NCBI GenBank assembly: GCA_051294375.1
Contig: CM119268.1
Location: 23,451,502 to 23,515,501, forward strand
DNA from: Paraspadella gotoi
Lineage: Eukaryota; Animalia; Chaetognatha
DNA length: 64,000 bases
Reading direction: 5' to 3'
Part shown: positions 12,945-24,180 of the stretch, piece by piece
How the letters are laid out: every line of letters starts with the position of its first letter
How positions within the stretch are numbered: the stretch's first letter is position 1
Program-made: the position numbers and the translations under genes
The notes under the pieces: generated by a model
What the model saw: only the letters and a program-made list of their open reading frames with translations
What the model was told of the DNA's origin: nothing
Database searches by the model: none

Positions 12945-13179
12945 TGAAGAGAGAGAGACGAGAGCAGAGAGAAGAGACGAGAGAGAAGGGAGAGAGAGGG
13001 AGAGTAGAGGCAGGAAATCAAGACAGAGAGCGAGTCACTTTTTCTTTTGGGGCCTCGGGATTGCTGAGCCACTTACCTGTCGTTGGTTCCGACGTCGAGA
13101 GATGAATGAGACTAATTTTCTCTTTCGCCGCTAGAGGAGGGAATTTGTTGTTGTTGTTGTTGTTGTTGTTAATGTTCAT
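1071..13179 (-). CDS. Spliced gene for a four-transmembrane MS4A/CD20-like (tetraspan) membrane protein, about 212 aa, 7 coding exons
   Basis: Exons 13179-13077, 11624-11616, 9412-9249, 5058-4921, 4814-4746, 3862-3793 and 1157-1071 all have GT/AG boundaries and compatible phases (1,1,0,0,0,0; exon 6 needs one 1-nt correction). Joined protein: MNINNNNNNNNKFPPLAAKEKISLIHLSTSEPTTVTKGDNRVQHQGCVVMFQLDEETLKRIIIGLSSVNLIFGTPVSIVGIYYIFKDEKHAGEWFWISIFGLVALLEGLEGILLMTCRNTKCRMIMCIVDLSISIIFLVIILGFAVIPKNLQKWDCTFGEEDCDLKPIFA(fs)IQPFLSASSEILLLIVTLAMISCYYPYTKENNNNDVERMDFF*. It has four hydrophobic segments, G-x-x-F-W before TM2, a Cys pair in the TM3-TM4 loop and Glu in TM4, as in CD20/MS4A proteins. Family call is by eye, not by search. 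Confidence 0.8.
1320..2731. mobile_element. Tc1/mariner-like non-autonomous element (MITE)
   Basis: ta|CAGTCATGTGCAAAGAAATTGCGCCACTTTAT ... ATAAAATGGCACTTTTTTTGCACTG|ta: degenerate TIRs starting CAGT with TA flanks, inserted in an (AAT)n tract; no transposase ORF. Confidence 0.65.
2436..2636 (+). mobile_element. tRNA-Gly-derived SINE nested in the Tc1-like MITE
   Basis: tRNA-like head 2436-2507: acceptor GCGGCCA/TGGTCGT, A-box TGGTGCCGGAGG, Gly-like TCGCCTCCCA loop (CCC), T-arm CCGGG-GTTCTAG-CCCGG; about 130 nt tail; flanking direct repeat accaaccg(tt)catca at 2421-2435 and 2637-2649. Confidence 0.75.
2998..3691. mobile_element. MITE with about 36-bp TIRs (TAG...CTA termini, hAT-like)
   Basis: Left TAGAGAATTGACAAAAGTTTGTTGCAAACGAATTT; right AAATTCGTTGCAAACAAAAACTTTGTCAATTCTCTA; internal (AG)n; no clean 8-bp TSD so the superfamily is uncertain. 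Confidence 0.8.
3793..3862 (-). CDS. Exon 6 of MS4A-like gene (start of TM4; apparent +1 frameshift)
   Basis: tgattacag| acceptor and |GTGAGA donor; 70 nt. As written it reads DCDLKPIFANPAFPICLV*; removing one base in GCAAATC gives DCDLKPIFAIQPFLSASSEILLL in phase with exon 7. Confidence 0.65.
3950..4510 (+). mobile_element. Helentron/HINE-like non-autonomous element
   Basis: GC-richer core, (GACA)n at 4325-4364, terminal hairpin AGTCGGA(A)TCTGCT-GATA-AGCAGATCCGGCT at 4474-4504 followed by aaaaat; 5' boundary approximate. Confidence 0.65.
4746..4814 (-). CDS. Exon 5 of MS4A-like gene (end of TM3, extracellular loop)
   Basis: Long polypyrimidine tract then aacgag|; 69 nt VIILGFAVIPKNLQKWDCTFGEE; donor AG|GTATTT. 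Confidence 0.8.
4921..5058 (-). CDS. Exon 4 of MS4A-like gene (TM2 and start of TM3)
   Basis: ttttattttattaag|GAA TGG... 138 nt open frame EWFWISIFGLVALLEGLEGILLMTCRNTKCRMIMCIVDLSISIIFL; donor |GTAAGT. Confidence 0.85.
5135..7604. repeat. Left arm of about 2.45 kb inverted duplication
   Basis: Colinear reverse complement of 8806..11230 (e.g. ...gagtggcactgggcatat at 7587-7604 vs atatgcccagtgccactc at 8806); differences are mostly 1-nt indels. Confidence 0.95.
6979..7151 (+). pseudogene. Inverted, indel-riddled duplicate of exon 3 of the MS4A-like gene
   Basis: Reverse complement of 9249..9412 with several 1-2 nt insertions; part of inverted arm 5135..7604. Confidence 0.7.
7610..8280 (-). 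mobile_element. Diverged or noisy inverted copy of MITE 2998..3691
   Basis: Shared motifs in reverse order: tgatgaaggcttg, tctcatctgaccact, gggcagctcattt, gccaatga, (CT)n blocks. Confidence 0.6.
9249..9412 (-). CDS. Exon 3 of MS4A-like gene (TM1)
   Basis: NAGNAG acceptor (aag|gag); encodes DNRVQHQGCVVMFQLDEETLKRIIIGLSSVNLIFGTPVSIVGIYYIFKDEKHAG; donor GG|GTGAGA; overlaps ORF 9174..9428. Confidence 0.8.
10330..10472 (+). mobile_element. Short HINE-like element end (mirror copy at about 5890..6050)
   Basis: (GGAC)n(GACA)n then TAGTCGGGATCTGCTTATAAGCAGATCCGACTA hairpin and an A-run. Confidence 0.65.
11060..11215. repeat. About 31-bp minisatellite (ttccaaaagcgccccatttcttttggctct), 5 units; mirror at 5160..5300
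   Basis: Direct inspection. Confidence 0.8.
11616..11624 (-). CDS. Candidate 9-nt microexon (TCACGAAAG) of MS4A-like gene
   Basis: Minus strand reads (CT)n tract-tttcttacacccagtttag|TCACGAAAG|gtaagtt; phase 1 in and out, adding V-T-K in frame. Confidence 0.45.
11906..12110 (+). mobile_element. Dispersed 200-250 bp repeat family starting TTAA-RGG (Kolobok/T2-MITE-like)
   Basis: ttaagggaatagtcctttcat...tgatggaggccttaaacc...ggggca..atagcttattt; related copies at about 6040..6290 (+), 10090..10325 (-), 13800..14030 (-), 33049..33165 (+, ttaaaggagtagtcc), 60384..60600 (+). Confidence 0.6.
12170..12285. repeat. Degenerate (TAACCC/TAATCT)n hexamer array, telomere-like; others at 7260..7320 and 9090..9150
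   Basis: taaccctaatct, ctaacctaat, taaccctaat units. Confidence 0.6.
12600..13066. repeat. About 240-bp tandem duplication in intron 1
   Basis: Two units gaagtc(g/c)actcttgatg...(AG)n...caagacagagagcgagtcactttttcttttggggcctcgggattgct. Confidence 0.85.
13077..13179 (-). CDS. Coding exon 1 of MS4A-like gene (poly-Asn N-terminus)
   Basis: ATG at 13179 with an in-frame TAA upstream; open frame MNINNNNNNNNKFPPLAAKEKISLIHLSTSEPTT; strong donor AG|GTAAGT, phase 1; possible acceptor tgcag| at about 13222 implies an upstream UTR exon. Confidence 0.6.
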
Positions 13180-13306
13180 GCTGTACTACCTTTGTTGAAC
13201 CTGCTGTTGTACTCTTTAGAGCTGCATTTGGTCGGAGAATAAAAATCATTTTTAATTATTAGTATAATTTTAATTTTAAATCAAGTTATGTATGTAACCC
13301 CAAAAA

Positions 13307-13390
<84 letters not shown>
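13307..13390. repeat. (TATC)n microsatellite
   Basis: Direct inspection. Confidence 0.95.
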
Positions 13391-13531
13391 GACAAGAAAA
13401 AACGAAGGTTCGCGTTTTCATTGTTTGTTTTGTTATATTATATCTTGTATATATATATTCTGTAAAGGGAAACCAAGGAATTCATCAAATTTTAACTACT
13501 TATTGGAAATGTAAGCCTTTTTTACATTCAC

Positions 13532-13705
13532 TTCCAGATTACATCCTTAACATTTGTTCCTATTTCCGTATGTAATTCGCGATTGAGAAGAAGCTTAATC
13601 CCTCGTCTCGTCTATCAGTTTCAGATTACATCCCTCGGATCTCTTCCAATTTCCGTATGTGATTCTGAATCGAGGAGCCGCTTAATCCCTCGTCTCTTCG
13701 ATCAT
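13532..13705. repeat. About 87-bp tandem duplication
   Basis: Two units cagattacatcc...atttccgtatgt...gcttaatccctcgtctc. Confidence 0.8.
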
Positions 13706-13799
13706 TTCCGCGTCATTTGTTTGTCCGACGAAATCAGCAAAAAGATGTCACTATTTTGTCATCATTGTCTTTGTCGTTGTCGTCGTCGTCGTTGTTGTA

Positions 13800-14030
13800 A
13801 ATTTATCTATTCATTTAATTATAAGCTCTCTTGTCCCTGACTTTGGACAGGCTTTGGTGGTTTAAGGCCTCCATCACTCTTACAACATAATGACTTAGCA
13901 GGTCCCTGCAAGCTTTCAATCAAGACTCTCTCACAGTCTTGTTTATTCACTCCCAGTGCACTTGGCTTCCCTATCAATGAAGTGGTATAATATTTCAAAG
14001 AATGTTTAAATTGTATGAAAAGTATTAAAA
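13800..14030 (-). mobile_element. Inverted copy of the TTAA-RGG repeat family
   Basis: ccctgactttggacaggctttggtggtttaaggcctccatcactcttacaa...tcaatgaagtggtataatatttc is the reverse complement of the family consensus. Confidence 0.65.
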
Positions 14031-14297
14031 GTATTAGATGGGTAATACTATATTGTACTCCGCACTAGCATCAAAATATAATGAATATGAAAATTATCCA
14101 TTCAGTCAATTAATATCATCTTCGTTGTCATCATTGTCGTTTTTACCAAATCGTCGGTTTGGACTTAAGATTTATTAGATTTACTAGATTTGGTAGATTT
14201 AGTGGGATTTTTTTTCCAATTCACAAGTTAGTTTTTTGTTTTCACTGACCTCACGGTCCTTGTTTTCACTCAGCGAAGCGTGAAATCTCATCGTCAA

Positions 14298-14339
<42 letters not shown>

Positions 14340-14488
14340 CCTTGATATAACAACGAACAGACCTTGTCTTCTTTTCTACGATGCGCAAAAAAGATGAGAA
14401 AAAAGAAAAGAAAAAAAAAAGAAAAGAAAAAGAATATTCCTATTTTTTTCGCGTAATCGTTCGGAACCGAACCAGGCACGCACGGACC

Positions 14489-14583
<95 letters not shown>

Positions 14584-15295
14584 GCTTTAATTATCATTCT
14601 TTATTTCCCAATTTGAGATTTTTTTTTCTTTCGGTTTTTTCTTTTGTTTCTTTTATTCTTTTGTTTCGTCAAAAAAATTCTCTTTGTTTTTCTTTTTGTT
14701 TCTTTGTTTTATTCTTAGTTTCTGAATTTTCTTTTTCTAACTTTTCCTCATTAAAATCGGAATAAAACTTTCGACTTTCATTTTGTCATCGTCGTCGTCG
14801 TCGTCGTCGTCGACGTCGTCGTCGTTATCGTTTTATTTGTTGTTGACTTCTTAGGTTTTAATGTTTTTGTTTTTTATTGTTGTTTTGTTATTGTTTTTTA
14901 TGTAGTTGAGTCTGTAAAATATCCTATCATTTATTTTTTTAAATTTTATTTCATTTATCTCATTTGAGTTTATGACATTTTATTATTTTCTTTCATTTAA
15001 CTTTTTAATTTTTTGGATTTATTTCATTTCATTTCAATTCGTTTCATTTCATTTCATTTCAATTTGTTTCAATTCATTTCAGTTTTTTTCCATTTCGTTT
15101 TATGAAATTGGTTCAATTAATTTATTTTTATTTTCAATTTATTAAATTCAATATGTATACGTTTTATTTCATTTTTTTTACTCTTTAATTCCTCTTTTAT
15201 TTATTATTTTTTTCGTTTTGCTCAATTTTACTTTTCCCCTCAATTAATAAACAATGGAATTTAACCTCTTGATTACATTTTTCGTCATCGTCGTT

Positions 15296-15329
<34 letters not shown>

Positions 15330-15926
15330 GAAGTCGTCATCTTTTGTCTCGATTCAACGGAATTCTTGAAGACGTTGACTCCCATCCTCCTCCTCTTCCT
15401 CTTCCTCCTCCTCCTCTTCCTCATCCAGCGACGACAGATGCTCTTTTGTCTTTCGAATAAAAAAGAGGTCGAAAGTGGGACGCGAACTCGGGACTTTCCC
15501 AACGTCGATTCTGTGGGAAATCGGAATTTTTTTTCTCCTTTTTTTATTTATTTGTTGTTTAACAATAGAGACGAAAGAGACGACGACGACAAACGACGAC
15601 GACGACGACGACGACGACGACAAAGAAGACGAGGAATATCAGTGACGTTTTCAAGGCTTCAAAAATCTCGAAAGAGTCGAAAGTAAAATTCCGATAAAAA
15701 TGACGCAACAATTGAGAGGAAGAATACGGCACGACGACTATGAGCGCTGACGACGACGACGACGTGACGACGACGAACCGACGAAGACGACGACGACGAG
15801 AGTTCAGAATTCATCGATTTGGGCGAAAAAGAAAATTAGCTTATTTTATTTCCTCCAAACTTGAGGGGCGTCACGCTGGAATAAAAAAATGGTGGAGAGA
15901 GAGGAGAGAGAGAGAGAGAAGATGAG

Positions 15927-15959
<33 letters not shown>

Positions 15960-16210
15960 GAAGAGGAGAAGAGGGGAGAGAGAGGAGAGAGAGTGAGAGA
16001 GGAGGGGGAGAGAGAGGAGTGGAGCAGGAGCGAGAAACGAAAAAGAAAAGAGAAGACGCGCGAGACAGAGAGAGACATGAGATGAGAGAGAGAGAGAGAG
16101 AGAGGAGAGAGAGGAGAGAGAGAGAGAGAGCGAGGGAGAGAGAGAGAGAGGAAAGTGACGAACATTTCAAATCGATTGGGAATTGGATTAAGGAACGGAT
16201 GGAAACAAAA

Positions 16211-16276
<66 letters not shown>

Positions 16277-16619
16277 TCTCCTCTCTCTCTTCTCTCTTTC
16301 GAGTCACAACTCGGATTGTGATTCAGTGAACCGGCGAGGACCGCGCGTAACTCCTTTCGTGATTCCGTGTTGACGCAAAAAAAAAAAAAAAAAAAAAAAA
16401 AAACGAGAGCGAATCTCGTGATTCAGAGTCACATGACTTTGACACTGACTTTCTGATCACGTGACTTTCTGATAAAGAATATTTAGGACAGTAATTTTAA
16501 TCATAAAATTTTTTGATTCTAAACATACATCGCTTTCTTCGTCGCAACATGTCGATCATCACATATCATTCATCATTACATCAAATCTCATCATCATCTC
16601 ATCCATCATCATCATATCA

Positions 16620-16657
<38 letters not shown>

Positions 16658-17221
16658 TTTAACAAAAAAAGAAAAAAAGGAAAAAAAAAATCCTGTTGAT
16701 TCAACTCAGGAATCAGTTCGTCTCCCTCTTTCTCTCCTCCCTTCCTCTCCTCCTCCTCCTCCTCCTCCCCCCTCTACTTAAAGCCAATTGTTGCATCCAA
16801 GGTTCCCCCTTCAAACAAAAAAAAAAAAAAAAAAGAAAGAAAATATACTTCCATCCCCGGAGCATCCTGCTCTTCCTCTTCTTTCTCCTATTGATAAAGC
16901 ATTAATCGATCCTCTTCTTTCGATCCGCCTCCTCAATTCATCCTCGATTTTTTTCTTTCTTTCTTTCTTTCTGTCTCACTTTCCTTTTTTTTTTCTTTCT
17001 GTCTCACTTTCCTTTTTTTCTTTCTTTCTTTCTTTCTTCTTCTTTCTTGTCTCACTTTCCTTTTTTTTCTTTCTTTCTTCTTTCTTTCTTTCTTTCTTTT
17101 TTTCTCTCTTTTCTACTAACCTTTTTCCCGATTTCGAAAATACTTTCTATTTCTTTTCTCGCGATTTTCTTTCAATTTTTCTCTTTTTTTTTTCTTTTTT
17201 GTCTTTCCTTTTCTTTCTTTT

Positions 17222-17266
<45 letters not shown>

Positions 17267-17397
17267 TTTTACTTTCTTTATTTCTTTCTTTATTTTTTTT
17301 CTCCTTTTCTTCGCGTCTCTTACATTTTCTTTCATTCCATTTTTTATTCACAAACTTCTCGATCCGGTTTTGGGTTTATTCCATTCATCTCTCTCTC

Positions 17398-17461
<64 letters not shown>

Positions 17462-17574
17462 TTCAATTTTCCTCCCCAAGGCCGGGGCGTCATCACGCCG
17501 CGGCATGACCGCCACGCATGCGAAAAGGTCAGCTTCCTTCTTAACATTCCTCTCTCAGTTTTCTTTTCTTTGAA

Positions 17575-17644
<70 letters not shown>

Positions 17645-17763
17645 GAAAGAGAGAGAGAGAGAGATAAGATACAAAAAGGGAGAGGAGAGAAAAAGAGATA
17701 TTTTATCTTATTTCACAAAGTTTAGGAGGTTAAAGTTTGAGTTCCAGGAAGATATTCATCTCA

Positions 17764-17827
<64 letters not shown>

Positions 17828-18130
17828 TCTATCTATCTCTCTCCTCCTCTCTTTGACCCCAAAAAAGAGGTTTCTTTTTTATTTGATGCGATTAAAAAAG
17901 TTTTTTTTCTTTAGTTTAAAAAGAATGAGAGAAAATTTAAAATAAAAAGAAAAGTAGAGAGAACATTTTATTCATCATTTCATAAGATAGAACAAAATCA
18001 AACAAAGAAAATTTAAAATATATGAAATTGATACAACAAAATAAATATTATTCATCTATCAGCTATCTTGCCCCCTGACATTAAGAATGTTTAAAAAAAT
18101 TGTAGTTTGGATTTCTTGCAGAGAAAAATA

Positions 18131-18178
<48 letters not shown>

Positions 18179-18338
18179 CCCGGCGTGCCAATAGTTCTCT
18201 TCCCCAAGATGTTATTCTTCATCGCAATTTTATATTTTTTCTTTTCTGCTCTTTTTTTGTTTTCAATGGTTTCTGTTACTTCTAATCCCTGCAGTGAAGA
18301 GAGGCAGAGAGCGCGAAAGAGAGAAAGAGAGAGAGAGA

Positions 18339-18410
<72 letters not shown>

Positions 18411-18472
18411 CAAAAAGACGCTTCATTGAAAGCGATAAGAAAAACAATCGAAGAATAACGAAAACAAGAGCT

Positions 18473-18577
<105 letters not shown>

Positions 18578-18800
18578 ACCTCCGTGTCAAATAATAAGAA
18601 AACAAGGGCGAATGAATCAACGTCATTGTTGTTGTTGTTAGTTTTGATTTCGTCGTCGTCGTGCGTCGTCGTTCGCATCTGTTGCTTTCGTTTTTTTTTT
18701 ATTTCTTTTTTTCTTTTAATTTTCTTTTTTTTTTTGTCGGAGACTCGAGATTTTCAACGAAAATCATGAGGAAGAAATTTGCAATTTGAGACGACTGACG

Positions 18801-18835
<35 letters not shown>

Positions 18836-19229
18836 AGACGATAACGACGACGATGGCTACATACCCTCAAGGTGCAACAATAACAACAAAAAACAAAAAT
18901 AGAAAGATAGTGTGAAATTTTTATTTGTTACGAGATAATTTATCGGTTGTTTGATGCCCTTTATATTATTGAATTCGTATTTTTGTCGCTTAAGAAGTAT
19001 CTGATTGATCAAGTATTTTAAACGTAGCTCGCTGATTGGTCAGTCCTTATGACTGCTCCTAACCCAAAGGTCTAAAGGAGACGTGCTTACCTAAAACTAT
19101 GAGGATAACTTACCAATGATTCTTGAAAGTCGGTAAGCATTTAAGAAAAGTCATTTTTGTAATTTTATGGTTGGTTAATTTGATTATTTTTAATACGTTT
19201 TGTCTCTTGTTATGTTTAGAAATAGTCTC

Positions 19230-19385
19230 CCAACGACTTGCTGTATGTCTACCCTCGACTTGCTTTATGTCTCCCTACGACTTGCTGTATGTCTGCCCTC
19301 GACTTACTGTATGTATCGCTTCGACTTGCTGTATGTCTTCTCTCGACTTGCTGTATATCTCTCTCTCCGACTTGCTTTACGTCTC
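19230..19385. repeat. About 21-bp minisatellite (cgacttgctgtatgtctccct), about 7 units
   Basis: Direct inspection. Confidence 0.9.
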
Positions 19386-19499
19386 ACGCTCATGTAAATT
19401 TTACGTGTAATTTTACATGTAATGTTTACATATTTAATATAAGTTATGAAATTTATTACTTCGAATTTGAATAAATGAAAAGCAAGTCAGAATACACTA

Positions 19500-19609
19500 G
19501 CACGCTCACGGCGTTACCTGGAAATATCCAAGAAAGAACGAAAAAGAAAGAAAAACTGACAAAGAAAGAAAGACAGAAAGAAAGAAAGAAAAAAAGAAAG
19601 AAAGAAAAA

Positions 19610-19653
<44 letters not shown>

Positions 19654-19968
19654 AAAAGAGAATAAAAAAGTTGGTCTCCGCTCAGGGAGTAACACAGTCG
19701 TGTGATTCTTGGAGATTAAACTCAGAAACATCTTTGCTTAGACGGAAAATGGAGGGAGGCGGGAAAAGAGGGCAAAAGATAAGAAAGAGAAGAAAAGAAA
19801 AGAAAAGAAAAGGGAAAAGAAAGGACAGAGATAGAAAAAAGAATAAAGAAAGGAAAGGAAAGGAAAGTAAAGAAAAGATAGAAATGATAGAGAGAGAGAG
19901 TAACTTTTAGAATATTTCAGCAACATACATTAAATTTTTTAAAGATTTTTGAATCACCATTATTCATT

Positions 19969-20010
<42 letters not shown>

Positions 20011-20375
20011 GTCGTCGTCTTCATCATCATCATGCATCATCATCATCATCATCATCATCATCGAATGTAGGAATCCAGTTTTCACGATTTCCGATTTTTG
20101 GCGCCGAGAAAATTATGACGACGACGACGACGACGACGACGAAATTTGTTTTTCTTTTCTCAATTTTTTATTGTTCAAGAATCCAAATTTTTTTTTAGAG
20201 TCTTGTCAAGATTAAATTCATTTTAATCGTTTTATGCTTGTTATCATAATCATATTTTTCTTTAATAAAAAAAAATTAAACTAAATTATAGAATGAAAGC
20301 AAAAAATTTTGAAAAAAAAGTAATAAGGTTCAAAGCGGAAATCGAAAAAAAGTCAACAATTTTTGATCTGAAGAG
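19500..20375 (+). repeat. Duplicate of 20410..20820 joined to 24662..25070; carries the empty LTR insertion site
   Basis: Same unique anchors (gttggtctccgctcagggagtaacacagtcgtgtg; ggaatccagtttt...ggcgccgagaaaatt); reads through cagcaac-atac-attaaattttt at 19918-19940 with no element. Confidence 0.9.
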
Positions 20376-20820
20376 NNNNNNNNNNNNNNNNNNNNNNNNN
20401 AAAGGAGAGATCGCTCATGGCGTTACTGGAAATATCCAAAGAAAGAACGAAAAAGAAAGAAAAAACTGACAAAGAAAGAAAAACAGAAGAAAGAGAAAAA
20501 AAGAAAGAAAGAAAAGAAAGAAAGAAAGAAAGAAAGAAAGAAAAAGAAAGAAAAAGAGAAAAAAAAGTTGGTCTCCGCTCAGGGAGTAACACAGTCGTGT
20601 GATTCTTGGAGATTAAACTCAGAGAACGTCCTTTGCTAGACGGAAGAAATGGAGGGAGGCGGGAAAGGGCAAAAGATAAGAAAGAGAGAAAAGAAAGAAA
20701 AGAAAAGGGAAAAAAGGACAGAGATAGGAAAAAAGAATAAAGAAAGGAAAGGAAAGGAAAGTAAAGAAAGATAGAAATGATAGAGAAGAAGTAACTTTTA
20801 GAATATTTCAGCAACAATAC

Positions 20821-21217
20821 CATGCAACGGAATGGATCGATCAAACGACTTGGTTGGCCTAGTGATGTGATTGCTCGACTCCTTCACTGAATCATCAGAA
20901 TGCCGACGAATCACAGGACCGTTAATTCAACCTTAGAATGACCAATGACGCGAAGCAGAGGACCGACGGAGGGATTGATGTCATAAATGCTCAGAGAGCT
21001 TCTAGGCATTCAGCCTGTTACACCTAACCAAAGAAGGAACCTTCTCAATAATTATTGAACATTTAATATTGTCCATCACCTTTGTCTTAACCTTGTTATC
21101 GTGTCATCGTTACCTATGTTCATCACCTAGTCATTGTCCGTCATTAATAAACTATTGTCACACACAAAATACTTGCCACTTATTTAATTACCCACGTTAT
21201 TTGACTAAACGTCAACG
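20821..21217 (+). repeat. 5' LTR
   Basis: catgcaacggaatg...acccacgttatttgactaaacgtcaacg, a direct repeat of 24253..24661; contains CCAAT and AATAAA. Confidence 0.92.
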
Positions 21218-21238
21218 TGGTTGCATCGTCGTGAATCG
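21218..21238 (+). promoter_or_regulatory. Primer binding site, tRNA-Gly-like
   Basis: TGGTTGCATCGTCGTGAATCG directly after the 5' LTR, close to TGGTGCATCGGCCGGGAATCG (complement of the invertebrate tRNA-Gly(GCC) 3' end, from memory). Confidence 0.7.
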
Positions 21239-21971
21239 CTCCCACTCCTTCCGCGGAAGAGACTTAATTGAAAAGTACTACGATATCGCTATCAAAAACT
21301 ACGCATAGTCGCTACTCGAAAAACTACGCTAGCCCTAAACTCGGAAAATTACGTCAATCCCGTTCCCGGAAAATCCTTTCAATCCGCAAGAAATAATTCA
21401 AAAATAAAAAAAAAGATAAACAAAAACCGCGAAACAAAAAAAAATTAATACAAAGTTCCTCTTCACGGCCCCTTCTTAAATAATTAAGGATTAAAACACT
21501 TTTTTGTTTGCGAAATCAGGAGTGCGTACTAAGGTAGCCTGAGTACAAAAAAAAACAAAAAAACAAAAAAACGCCAAAAAAAAAACAATAAAAAAAAAAA
21601 TCTCTCCGCTCAACCAAATAAAGGACATAAATTGGAAAATTTGTGTTTCCCTAACTTTCCAAACCGATACCCTCGTTCTAAAATTCAAGCAAAAAACCAA
21701 TTCAAGCTCTCCCACGCTCTCTCTTGCCTCGTGCTTGGACTACGTCGTCACGTGACCCCAGCATCCCTCCACAAAGAATCGAATCGAACGCTTTTCCTCG
21801 CTCTACTCTCGCAAATCCTCGCTGCCAGTCCCATCGCTCTTGACCGAATCCGAGAGAAAAATCGTAAAAGATCTATCGATCGTCTTTCTCTCTCCCTCTC
21901 CTCTCTTCTCTCTCTCTCTCTCCTCTCGAACCCCTCAAAAACAATAAAATGAAAACAAATCATTTAAATAA

Positions 21972-24180
21972 AATGGCCAAGGACAGTAAAAAAATGGTCA
22001 ATTTGAAACTGCGCCATCCGCAGGCTTATTACTTACCCACCACGCCCTATTCCTATTCCCACGCCAACAGAGCCAATGAATGATGAAATGATTTCTAAAG
22101 AGATGCGACCTTATATATCAGGTATTATTAGGCCCTACCTAAACATTTTGATGGACCGCAACACGGGATAGTAAAGCTTATTCAAAAATAAATTAACTCA
22201 TGAAGGCTCGAACTTTCATTTAGGAGCCCAAGTACCTCATATACGCTCACAGTTGAATAAAAACCCAACCCCTTGGAAAATGGACATTGTAACCTATTCA
22301 ATCAAAGTCAAAACTCCACAAATTTGAAACCTGTTAATTTAATTCGGCCAGAAAGGAATTATGAATGTCTACACATAAAAAGTGTTAAATGAAATTGAAG
22401 ATGGAGAAGATTTTTAAAGCAGAATTTGAGCGCTTATCTGCGAGAAAAAGGAAGAAAAGAAAAAGGTTGAACAAGAGGGGAAAGTGAGAAGAAAAATAAC
22501 AGATAAAAAAAGAAAAGAGAAGCAAATGCGAAAGAAAGAGATGAAGATTTTTCAAAAGTGAAGAGGAATGAAAAAGAAAATTGGGAAAGAATTTGAAAAT
22601 TAATAACAAGACAAGAATGGAAATGAATTGAAACCTTTAGCACAACCCTTCCTAAAGAATAATGGAAGATAAGGCACTAATCCTGTTCAACAGCCTGGTG
22701 GAACTTCGCTTAGAAGGAACTCAACAATTTAAAAGTATTTTAATGAAACTAGAAATCATTAAATTGTTACAAAAAGGGAAGAAGATACTCAAGACATTCT
22801 TTAAATCTAGCAGAAAGGAATTATTTAAGGGGAAGGCGATAGAAGAATTCGGATAAAGCATTTGAAAGTTCAAAAAAGGCGCAAAGGAATATCTTACCCT
22901 CCTAGCAAACCAGTCCTATGAGACTAAATCTGAAAGAGTCATCAAGCCCTGACGAAGCCAAGAAGAAAGAAACTGGTTTATTAAAAGTGCAAAAAAACAT
23001 GGTTTAAGGATCGGCCTGATCCAAGACCCTGAAGGCAATGGAATGCCGACAATCACTAGAGAGCTTTATCAAGTGGAAAGACTGGATTAAACAGCAAAAT
23101 CAACAGATGTTCACTGGCCCCCTTCCAATGGAAGCTAGAAAACCAACAAAAACCAATTGAAGAAACAACAAAAGAAAAAAAGCAGAGGTTCACCATGAAA
23201 AATAAATTAAAAGAACGAGAAAGAAGAAAAAAGGCGAATAAAGCAAGGAGAAAATGACTCCGTCAAAGATATTTCTGTAAAGTCCATAGAGATCCACTGG
23301 TACTGGATACCTTAAGAACTTCTACAAAAAAAGATGCAGAAACACAAACTTCTGACTTTCCAACTGGTTTGGAAAGAAACAACAACACCTGCAAGGTCTA
23401 AATTTGCATGCACAAACCAGAAGCTGAGAAATTTAACTCGCAACAATGTCTCAATTCTAGCATCGCAAACAGAGACCCAGCACAGTAGAAAATGGCACCA
23501 AAATCCAGACTTATCGAGGCTGGTTAAAGCCTCTTAATGATGACACTAGATGAACTTCTTTTCTTACACCGAATTTAAGGTGCTATGCCCCAAAGAAAAA
23601 AAGACCAGAATGAAACAGCAAATTCCCAAAATGTTATAACTAAATTACAACTTACAAAAATGAAGGCAAAGAACAAAGAAATAATCTGCAGATAAACAGC
23701 AAAAATCAAGTAGAGAAAGCTGCATTAACAATAATAAACCTAAATTTTTACCCCCTCAACATAATTCAGGGACTCCTCAAGTTTTCTCCTCCAAAATTCC
23801 GCAAATGAAAGCTTTAGAAGAAAAGATTAATTCCTTGCTTGCAGATTTTGCCCATTTGACAAAAAGCTTTATCCAACCAAAGCATTTCAAGCCACGCCCC
23901 AGACCATACTCATTTAAGCCTAACATAGTAAACCCGCCTTCCCGTGATGGCAAAACGCCATTTCAGCACCACTTTACAAGCAAATCAACATTCCAACAGC
24001 CAAAAGGAATATTCCCAAGCAAATGAGACTGAAATTGAGCCCCACCTCATTTAAGACCCACTGCTGTTCTTCTCAAGACCAGAAAACATATACCATCATT
24101 ATGCCTGTCAGACACATTGCCATTTCAGGACAAGGAACTGTTAGCCCTACTCGCACCCACACCACCTTGGAGATGTGTAG
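21972..24180 (+). pseudogene. Frameshifted gag-like coding region of the LTR element
   Basis: Fragmented plus-strand frames (MAKDSKKMVNLKL..., E/K-rich coiled-coil at 22400-22600, ORFs 22662..22856, 23334..23537, 23805..24026 MKALEEKINSLLADFAHL) and a degenerate C-x2-H-x2-F...NC motif near 24105-24140 resembling the Gypsy gag C-terminal Cys/His motif. Confidence 0.55.

Noticed and set aside
15490-15499. Canonical NF-kB site GGGACTTTCC
   Set aside because: A single 10-mer with no supporting context; not enough to call.
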